A stretch of 64,000 bases of DNA, taken from positions 1 through 64,000 of the IMG/VR virus record IMGVR_UViG_3300000117_000009, one strand, 5' to 3'. Positions 39,320-46,789 of the stretch are shown here, one piece after another (position 1 is the first letter of the stretch; the number at the start of each line of letters is the position of its first letter). The stretch is from a virus. The notes under the pieces are model-generated. The model saw only the letters and a list, made by a program, of their open reading frames with translations, was not told the DNA's origin and ran no database searches. A program made the translations under genes and the position numbers.

Positions 39320-40138
39320 TTGCCAGAAGGACCTGAAGTAAAACTTTTTACTGAAAGACTTAATCAAAATTTTCGATATTACATGATTAAGTCTGTTGAA
39401 GTGCTAAGTGGTAGATACATTAAAAAGCCAATACAAAATCTAGAAGCACTAAACGGAAAAGAAATCAAAAGCTTTAATTGTAAAGGAAAGTTTATCTGGT
39501 TTGATTTAGACGATGTAATTGTTTTTAATACTTTAGGAATGACAGGCAGCTGGTCTAGACACAAAACAAAACATTCAAGAATAGCAATTAAATTTTACGA
39601 AAATGATACCGTATACTTTAACGATACAAGAAGCTTTGGTACGTTTCAGATTAAGTCTAGACAAGAACTTTCAAAAAAGTTAAAAAGCTTAGGCCCCGAT
39701 ATGTTGTCTAAGCCACCTGATACTGCAGAATTTATTCCTATATTTAGAAAGAAAAACAACAAAGACATATGCAGTGTTTTAATGAATCAAAACATTATTT
39801 CTGGAGTTGGCAATTATATCAAGGCTGAGTCTTTGTGGTATTCTAAAATTAATCCTCATGCTTTGATAAAAGATTTAACAGACGAAAATTTAGAAACTCT
39901 TAGGAAAGCAATATTGTTTGTTGTAAATAAGTCGTATCAAGAACAAGGTGCTTCAATAAAAGACTATTATACGTTTGATGAAGAAGAAGGCACAGCGACT
40001 GCTGGCTTTGTTGTGTACGGTAAGTCTAAAGATTACAACGGCCACAATGTAATAAAAGAGGAAACACTTGATAAGAGAGCAACTCATTGGGTTAAAGAAA
40101 GACAGATTTATGGAGTTAATCGACCTAAAACCAGGTGA
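39320..40138 (+). CDS. Fpg/Nei-family DNA glycosylase/AP lyase (zincless finger)
   Basis: N-terminal PEGPEV, KGKF, LGMTG, DTRSFG, LGPD, MNQ..ISGVGNY. Confidence 0.93.
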   Translation: MPEGPEVKLFTERLNQNFRYYMIKSVEVLSGRYIKKPIQNLEALNGKEIKSFNCKGKFIWFDLDDVIVFNTLGMTGSWSRHKTKHSRIAIKFYENDTVYFNDTRSFGTFQIKSRQELSKKLKSLGPDMLSKPPDTAEFIPIFRKKNNKDICSVLMNQNIISGVGNYIKAESLWYSKINPHALIKDLTDENLETLRKAILFVVNKSYQEQGASIKDYYTFDEEEGTATAGFVVYGKSKDYNGHNVIKEETLDKRATHWVKERQIYGVNRPKTR

Positions 40139-40301
40139 CTGCATTAAATACAATTTTTTGTATTCTAATGAAGAAGAGAAAATTGGATTAGTTACAAAAA
40201 TTAAAAAAGATAATAACTTTGCTTTCATGATCTATTTAGTTGACAATAAAGGTGCTATTGATGTTATACCGTTCAATATCATGGAGTATGAAAAAATATG
40301 A
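40110..40301 (+). CDS. Small hypothetical protein (KOW/SH3-like)
   Basis: MELIDLKPGDCI...IGLVTKI; ATG 40110 preferred to the ORF-track start. Confidence 0.5.
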   Translation: MELIDLKPGDCIKYNFLYSNEEEKIGLVTKIKKDNNFAFMIYLVDNKGAIDVIPFNIMEYEKI

Positions 40302-40846
40302 ATATATTTGTATTGGATAAATCTGCTAAAAAGGCAGCTGAGTATCATTGCGACAAGCATGTAGTCAAAATGATTCTTGAGTCTGCACAAATGAAGTCGA
40401 CTGCACACTGGCTGCACTTGTTGTGGAGCAATAATAAGAATTTAAAAGATTTTAAAAGAGTTAGAGACGCTAAATTGTGGTTGCTGGAAAATACTAATCC
40501 GGCACTTCATCCGCCATACTCAATGACACACGTTAGACATCCATGCACTATATGGGTTTCTTCAACAGTACAAAATTATATGTGGCATTATGATTTGCTG
40601 TTTTATCTTTGCAAAGAGTATACGAAAAGATATGGTAAAATACATAAAACAGCAAATTATTTAAGCTGGTTTAAAAACAATATCCCGCAAGGTATGAAAA
40701 GCAGTAGTCTGGAAGACTTTGCAATTTGCATGAGAGAAGACTTTAAAATAAACAAAGATGCTGTTGCTTCTTATAGAAACTATTACAAAAAAGATAAAGT
40801 AAGGTTTGCTAAGTGGAAACTAAACAATACACCTATATGGTTTTAA
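40298..40846 (+). CDS. Pyrimidine-dimer DNA glycosylase / endonuclease V-like family protein
   Basis: MNIFVLD, HCDKHVVKMILESAQM, THVRHPCTIWV, LCKEYTKRYGKIH, SYRNYY...AKW. Confidence 0.82.
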   Translation: MNIFVLDKSAKKAAEYHCDKHVVKMILESAQMKSTAHWLHLLWSNNKNLKDFKRVRDAKLWLLENTNPALHPPYSMTHVRHPCTIWVSSTVQNYMWHYDLLFYLCKEYTKRYGKIHKTANYLSWFKNNIPQGMKSSSLEDFAICMREDFKINKDAVASYRNYYKKDKVRFAKWKLNNTPIWF

Positions 40847-41095
40847 ATGTCTTATGTAAAAGTAAATCATAACTATTTTTTAGATGATGAAGATATAGGA
40901 AAACTTATAAGTGTAAAATTTATGAATTACTATTATAATACTAAAGAAGAAATAAAATACTCTTTAATATTATCTTTTAAATATAAAAAAAACATTAGGC
41001 CTACACATATGATAATTCTTAAACCTGACTGTAGTCTTAAAAAAATACGTTTAGACTATAGCAGTCTTAATATTGAAATAAACTTTTTAAGTTAA
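40847..41095 (+). CDS. Small hypothetical protein
   Basis: 82-aa ORF abutting the upstream stop. Confidence 0.5.
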   Translation: MSYVKVNHNYFLDDEDIGKLISVKFMNYYYNTKEEIKYSLILSFKYKKNIRPTHMIILKPDCSLKKIRLDYSSLNIEINFLS

Positions 41096-41104
41096 GGAAT
41101 TTAA

Positions 41105-41353
41105 ATGTCATCTTACTCAAAAGGATTAGAAGTTTCTGATCTCGTAACATTTATGCACAAAATTTTTAATAACCAATTTTCAGGCCCACGCACTGCGCTA
41201 GTCTTAAATAGAGAATATCTTTTTGAAAACAAAACAGAATATGGCATTAAAAAGTTTTTTGACTATAAAATGCTAGATACACAAAGTAACAAAGTATATA
41301 ACGTTAAAACAAGAGACATAAAAGTCGTTAAAATTTTAAAAGGAAGCAATTAA
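41105..41353 (+). CDS. Small hypothetical protein (KOW/SH3-like)
   Basis: LEVSDLVTF...TALVL; RBS AAGGA. Confidence 0.5.
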   Translation: MSSYSKGLEVSDLVTFMHKIFNNQFSGPRTALVLNREYLFENKTEYGIKKFFDYKMLDTQSNKVYNVKTRDIKVVKILKGSN

Positions 41354-42339
41354 TGAGAATAGGCATCACTGGTGAAAAAGGTTTTATTGCAACTAACTTG
41401 TCGAAAGAAATTATCAATCAAGGGCATGAATTTGTATCTATTGATAAGTCAGATTACGCTAAGACTCTGATGATATACACAGAAACTGATGAAGTCTGCG
41501 TATATTCTAATAATGCTGAATCCTGGATTCAATTGTTTAAAAGCCTAAATCTTGACTGCATTGTGCATAATGCAGCTGTTGTGGGAACTGATGTTGTTGC
41601 TTTAAATCCTGAGCATTCTATCAACACGAATATTTTAGGCACACAGACAATTGTTGAAGCTGCAAATAGTTGTGACATGCTAATTGTATACACAGGCACA
41701 ACAGTTATTTATGACACGTATAAGTATCAAGAATTTGATATTTTTGAAAATAGTGAAATATTCCCCAGGACAAATTATGCTGTCCAGAAATACGCTGGTG
41801 AGATGCTAGTAAGGAATAATGCAAAAGAGTGGCTTGTTACACGACCTTTATTTGCTTACGGCGGCATTGGTGATATGAACTCTTTAATTGCGAAGTCTTT
41901 ATTTGGCGTTAAAAATGGAATAGAAAACATTGACATATTTTTAGATCCACAAAAAATTAAAGATTATATGCATGTAGAGGACTTTTGTAATAGTGTTGTA
42001 AGGCTAATCGACTCTAGTGTTAGAAATGAAGACTTTAACATTACAGCTAGCAATCCACATAATACTTTAGAAATAGTTTCTATTATAGAAGAAGTTACCG
42101 GTTCAACCTTGGAAATTGTAGTTAAGTGGCACCCAGAAACAGACTATCTAGGAAATCATAGACTGTCTAATCAAAAGTTTGTTGACTTTATGGGCTTTGC
42201 AAATGTTCGAACACTCAGGGAAGGCATTAATCAGTCATGGCAGTCAATAAAAGATGCGAGTGAAAGTTACAATCCCTTAAAATACTTAGATCAAGCTAAG
42301 GCTCAAGATGTCGACTTAAAACAATTTTTTCCTAAGTAG
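41353..42339 (+). CDS. NAD-dependent epimerase/dehydratase (extended SDR, NDP-sugar)
   Basis: GITGEKGFIA, HNAAVVG, NILGT, YAVQK (YxxxK), KDYMHVEDF. Confidence 0.9.
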   Translation: MRIGITGEKGFIATNLSKEIINQGHEFVSIDKSDYAKTLMIYTETDEVCVYSNNAESWIQLFKSLNLDCIVHNAAVVGTDVVALNPEHSINTNILGTQTIVEAANSCDMLIVYTGTTVIYDTYKYQEFDIFENSEIFPRTNYAVQKYAGEMLVRNNAKEWLVTRPLFAYGGIGDMNSLIAKSLFGVKNGIENIDIFLDPQKIKDYMHVEDFCNSVVRLIDSSVRNEDFNITASNPHNTLEIVSIIEEVTGSTLEIVVKWHPETDYLGNHRLSNQKFVDFMGFANVRTLREGINQSWQSIKDASESYNPLKYLDQAKAQDVDLKQFFPK

Positions 42340-42362
42340 TTTACTCAGGGTTTCAACCCTAA

Positions 42363-42394
42363 GGCATACTTATTTAAAAAGGAGTAAGTATGCC
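42363..42394 (+). promoter_or_regulatory. RNA hairpin sequestering RBS and start codon of the endonuclease; contains candidate late promoter ATACTTA
   Basis: GGCATACTTA (42363-42372) is the exact reverse complement of TAAGTATGCC (42385-42394). AGGAG and ATG 42390 lie within the structure. Confidence 0.75.
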
Positions 42395-43160
42395 AAGAAC
42401 ATCAACCCAAGTGACATTAGTTTGTGAAACCTGCAACGCTGAATATAAAAAGCCTCAATCGAGAGCAAAGACTTCAAAGTATTGTTCAAAAGAATGTAAA
42501 AACAAAGCAAGCGCCAAATATGAAATTAAAAAGTGCGAAGTTTGTGGAATTGAGTTTAAGTCTAAAAGAGGAAAATCTTATTGTTCTAGAGAATGCTATT
42601 TGAAAAAGAACAAGCGCGAAAGAGTTACTCTTAAATGTGAATATTGCGGTATAGAGTATCAAAAGCCCAAAGGCAGAGAAACAAAGTATTGTAGTAAAGA
42701 CTGCCAGAATAAAGCGCAGAGTAGTGGCTTGCACGAAATACCTTCTAACGGTAGGATGGGATTTCGATATGATTTGCCTAATAACTACTTTTTTAAGTCT
42801 TCACTTGAAGCTGACTATGCTAGATGGTGTGAAGCAACAAACAAGTCATATGTATATGAGCACAAAACATTTACAGTCCAGTATGACGGAAGAGACAAGC
42901 AATACACACCTGACTTTTACCATCCTGATGAAAACAAATATGTAGAGCTTAAAGCAATACGTAGAGATAGAAAATTTAATTCAAATCTTTTAGCTGCAGA
43001 TCTTTTAAAACAACAGGGCGTCAACATCGATGTTTTGTTAATGCATGAGTTTTATACTCAGATTAAACAAAGTAATCACTATTGGAATATAGACAATATA
43101 GAAAATAAAAACTACAATGGAACAAAACATCTTATATACCTTAAAAAATCAGAAAAGTAA
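42390..43160 (+). CDS. Free-standing homing-type endonuclease: three Zn-ribbon repeats plus PD-(D/E)xK domain
   Basis: (CxxC...YCSxxC)x3, then KSSLEA, YTPDFY, YVELKA. Confidence 0.8.
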   Translation: MPRTSTQVTLVCETCNAEYKKPQSRAKTSKYCSKECKNKASAKYEIKKCEVCGIEFKSKRGKSYCSRECYLKKNKRERVTLKCEYCGIEYQKPKGRETKYCSKDCQNKAQSSGLHEIPSNGRMGFRYDLPNNYFFKSSLEADYARWCEATNKSYVYEHKTFTVQYDGRDKQYTPDFYHPDENKYVELKAIRRDRKFNSNLLAADLLKQQGVNIDVLLMHEFYTQIKQSNHYWNIDNIENKNYNGTKHLIYLKKSEK

Positions 43161-44328
43161 AGGATTTGCAGCGCTGACAGTTGTTTTATTAGCAGGAGTT
43201 TTGGCTAGCATTTCCTTTATAGTAATTCAATACGGCAGAATATCTTTAAACGTAATGTATGAAAAACAACTTCTTGATACGTGTAGTATTAATGCAGGCA
43301 ATGGCATAAACTATACAAATGATATTAATACTATTTGTTCAAGCAACTATTTAAATCAATGCGGTTTGGAACTTGATTCCCCGGAGCCTAGCTTTTCTTG
43401 TGAAGACTTAGGACTCGAATGCAATGCAGAAAATCAGTGCAAGAGGAAATTTAAAATTACATCTACCTACGATCCAGGCAGAGGCCACGTTTCAAAAGAA
43501 AACTTTGTCGAAGTAAACGAGGAAGTTCATGACATACAACTTGTTGATACTGCTGTTATACTTCTGCTTGACTTTAGTGGTTCTATGCAAGGTAATAGAA
43601 TAAATCAATTAAAAACAACTGTAAGACAATTTGTAAATGCTGATTATAATCTAAGCTATTCTGTCATTCTTTACAATGATAGTGTAATAACAGAGACATC
43701 TATCGATAAAGGTCCGCAACATAAACAAAACGTTTTGTCTATTTTAAACACTCATAATGCAGGAGGAGGAACTAACTTTCTTTCTCCTCTGAGAAGTTCG
43801 CTCTCTAAGATTACGAGTTCTGACTATGAATCTTATTATATTGTTTTAATTAGCGATGGCTCGCCGAATGAAGGCATTGAACCTTCGAGAAACTTTGTTG
43901 AAAATAATATATTTAACATTAATCCAAACAACTGCAGACAAACAACTAGCCAGAATCCTTGTATAACGACTTATACATTAGGAGTAGATAATGCAAACGT
44001 AGCAGCTTTGCAAAGTGTTAGTGGTAACGTATTAAATCAAAACTCTATTGATTACAACTATATTGTTAATACACAACAAGTTAATGGTGCATTTAATGCA
44101 ATAATTGAAGAGATAATGTGCAAGATTGGTCCAGTTTTAGCAGAATATCCGGCAAACATATTTAATGGTTTAGACCTCCTTGAGGAAAACGTTGATTACA
44201 CTTACAATGATGAAGAAAAAATATTTAAGTTCTACGATGCTGCACCTTTATATGCTTGCACTGAAATGTTAAATAGTAATGCACAAATTACTTTACGTTG
44301 GGGAAAGACTAAAATAAATGTCCAGTAA
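43117..44328 (+). CDS. Minor-pilin-like (TadG/PilX-type) protein with vWA domain
   Basis: Basic leader KNQKSKG|FAALTVVLLAGVLASISFIVI. MIDAS residues DFSGS, GGTN, ISDG. Multiple Cys. Confidence 0.75.
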   Translation: MEQNILYTLKNQKSKGFAALTVVLLAGVLASISFIVIQYGRISLNVMYEKQLLDTCSINAGNGINYTNDINTICSSNYLNQCGLELDSPEPSFSCEDLGLECNAENQCKRKFKITSTYDPGRGHVSKENFVEVNEEVHDIQLVDTAVILLLDFSGSMQGNRINQLKTTVRQFVNADYNLSYSVILYNDSVITETSIDKGPQHKQNVLSILNTHNAGGGTNFLSPLRSSLSKITSSDYESYYIVLISDGSPNEGIEPSRNFVENNIFNINPNNCRQTTSQNPCITTYTLGVDNANVAALQSVSGNVLNQNSIDYNYIVNTQQVNGAFNAIIEEIMCKIGPVLAEYPANIFNGLDLLEENVDYTYNDEEKIFKFYDAAPLYACTEMLNSNAQITLRWGKTKINVQ

Positions 44329-44548
44329 GCATGAAAAAGAAATAAGACTAGTTTCACAGTTAAAAGAAGGTGACATGATTGACATGTTTTATTATGGTAA
44401 AAAAATAAAGAATAACTGCTTAATTGTAGAGATTATTCAAGATCATTATTTTGTAAAAGGTTTAATCGTCTATTTAAACGGCACTTCTAGAGAAACAATA
44501 GATTTAGAAAACAATGAGGGGCTTTGGGTTGAAAAGTCTAAAACTTAG
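44318..44548 (+). CDS. Small hypothetical protein (KOW/SH3-like)
   Basis: LKEGDMIDM...CLIVEI. Confidence 0.5.
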   Translation: MSSKHEKEIRLVSQLKEGDMIDMFYYGKKIKNNCLIVEIIQDHYFVKGLIVYLNGTSRETIDLENNEGLWVEKSKT

Positions 44549-44559
44549 TATATTCCATG

Positions 44560-46743
44560 TTACTTTCCTGCGACAACATAATTGTATGCTCTAGATAAAT
44601 TCTTTTTTATTATATCACTCTTTGGGTGATGATTTTCTAAATAAGGCAAGCCGACTTTTATTAAATCAAACTCTTGCTCATCTTGATCTTCATCCCAGTC
44701 TTCCTCGTTCTCGCTATCCCAAGAATCTTCTATTAGATATTGAAAAATATTTACTTCTTTTTCTAATGTAACGCCTAAAACATCAAATATTTCGCGACTA
44801 AAGTTTACATTGTATACTAAACTTTTTATCGCCAATTTTGCGTAAAAACTAGACCGGCTATTATCTTCATAAGAGTTCAGGCCAAAATTAGCTAACTTAA
44901 GAACTGGTTTGATTAGTCGACAAAGCTCAATAAGTTCATCTTTACTAACAGTTCTATTATTAAAAAATTGAATTGATGAAATTATAATATTCTGAATTTC
45001 TTTCTTATCTTTCTGAAGTATGTCTTCATCGCCCAAAGAGCTTTTGATTTTCTCATGCATAATTTCACTAACAGGTGCATATACATTGTTTTTTATTTGT
45101 ATGTTTTCGTAGCCAAACTTATCAATCATTCTGTCACAAATATCTTTATCCAAAAACTTAGAGCCTGCTAGGTATAAGATTGCATTGCTGGTACCTGTCG
45201 AGATTTTTGGAACTTTAGTGTTATCTATAATGTCTAGCATTATTGATTTTGGCAAAGATGAGCTTTTTAAAAAATATGATATATTATTGTCTAAAGCAGA
45301 ATAAGTGTCAGCAAATTTTGATCCTCTCAATATCTCAGGCTTAATATTCTTTTCATAAAAACTTTCTATATATTCTTCACTGACTGTTTTGTTTTTATTA
45401 GATAACAACAAAGAAAAAATGGTACTCGAAAAGAAAGGTTTGTTTTCTAGATTGTTAAAGTTTTTGCATATAAACAAAGCTACATCTTTATTTTTAGTGC
45501 CAACAGCAGTATCTCTTACAAAACGAAGTAATTTATTGTTGTCCTTTATTTGATTTACTATAGACTTAAATGACTTTAGACTTAAGTTTTTAAAATCATA
45601 GCTATATGCTTCACTACCATATTCTGGTTGCCAATTAACTAAATCATTATCTACTAATCCTTTTAGTATTTCGTTAAATTTAGTTTTATGTTTACCTGTT
45701 TTATTCTTAAAGACATTTACGAAAGTCCCAATAGGTTTTATTGTATTACCTGAAAAGTCAAACGATACAGCCTGCTCAGGCTCGTTCCCATGAATAGTTG
45801 ACGTACCCGCGTCAGCAATACCTTGAATACCTACAGCTTTTAACAATATTGAATAATACTGTCCTCTACTTGTTTTATTTATTTCTGCGATAGCAGAAGA
45901 TATATTTCCTGCCGCTTCTTTTAAAATAACAAAAAACGAATATTGTTTGCTAACGTTTTTCGTGTGACGACCAAATCTTTTAAAACTCAATTTCATGTAT
46001 TCATACATTGCATCAGCAATTTCAAACTTATAAATATTAACTAAACTTTGTTTTTCATCAATTTTTTCTTCATCAACTTTACCGACTAAATGACTATATT
46101 TTTTAAAGATTGAGGTGAAATAATAATTGTCATATGAGGCATTGCTTTTAAGACTTTTAATGTCTTTTTCTAAGTCTTTATAGTCTTGCAAAACAGCATC
46201 TTCAGATTCTCTATGCGTAATTAAACCTGTTGAAAGTCGTATGCATTCTGCTATGTCATCAATTACAGCCTGCTTGCTTGTGTATTTGCCTGAAATTAAT
46301 TTTTGTTCTTCATTGTCTTTTGTAACATTGGCTGTTTTTGACTTGTCAATTCTGTATAAATGAAAAAAACTAGCATTAGTTGCAAAACTAGCGCTTGTTG
46401 GTGATCCAGAATTAACAAGATTTTCTAAGTTTGTCTGGTCTAAAGGGTAACCGTATATTCCATGAGGTGTATGGTATTTTACTTTTGGACTTACTTCAAA
46501 CTTTGGTATTTCAATATCACCAAACTTCTCTACGAATCTAATATATGTCGATGAATCTGCCGAAAGTATTAGCTCTTCTAAGACTCCTTCTAACGAAAGA
46601 CTTGTTTTATCTATTGTTTCAATCTTTGTCAATTCTCTTTGCTGATCAGCTGCTGATCCTTTGCGCGAGAGTCTTTCTGGCGAAGACATAATTTCTCTGC
46701 CTAGAGACTCTTTAATGTATTTTTTAAGTAGTCTAATTTTCAT
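44560..46743 (-). CDS. Large protein with N-terminal ADP-ribosyltransferase-like domain
   Basis: TYIRF, KYHTPHGIYGYPL, GIADAG..IHGNEPEQAVSF strand pattern; helical C-terminus; LLKKYIKE leader. Confidence 0.5.
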   Translation of the reverse strand: MKIRLLKKYIKESLGREIMSSPERLSRKGSAADQQRELTKIETIDKTSLSLEGVLEELILSADSSTYIRFVEKFGDIEIPKFEVSPKVKYHTPHGIYGYPLDQTNLENLVNSGSPTSASFATNASFFHLYRIDKSKTANVTKDNEEQKLISGKYTSKQAVIDDIAECIRLSTGLITHRESEDAVLQDYKDLEKDIKSLKSNASYDNYYFTSIFKKYSHLVGKVDEEKIDEKQSLVNIYKFEIADAMYEYMKLSFKRFGRHTKNVSKQYSFFVILKEAAGNISSAIAEINKTSRGQYYSILLKAVGIQGIADAGTSTIHGNEPEQAVSFDFSGNTIKPIGTFVNVFKNKTGKHKTKFNEILKGLVDNDLVNWQPEYGSEAYSYDFKNLSLKSFKSIVNQIKDNNKLLRFVRDTAVGTKNKDVALFICKNFNNLENKPFFSSTIFSLLLSNKNKTVSEEYIESFYEKNIKPEILRGSKFADTYSALDNNISYFLKSSSLPKSIMLDIIDNTKVPKISTGTSNAILYLAGSKFLDKDICDRMIDKFGYENIQIKNNVYAPVSEIMHEKIKSSLGDEDILQKDKKEIQNIIISSIQFFNNRTVSKDELIELCRLIKPVLKLANFGLNSYEDNSRSSFYAKLAIKSLVYNVNFSREIFDVLGVTLEKEVNIFQYLIEDSWDSENEEDWDEDQDEQEFDLIKVGLPYLENHHPKSDIIKKNLSRAYNYVVAGK

Positions 46744-46789
46744 TATAAACCTTGTTTGTTTTAATAAATATTTTAATCACATCTAGATT

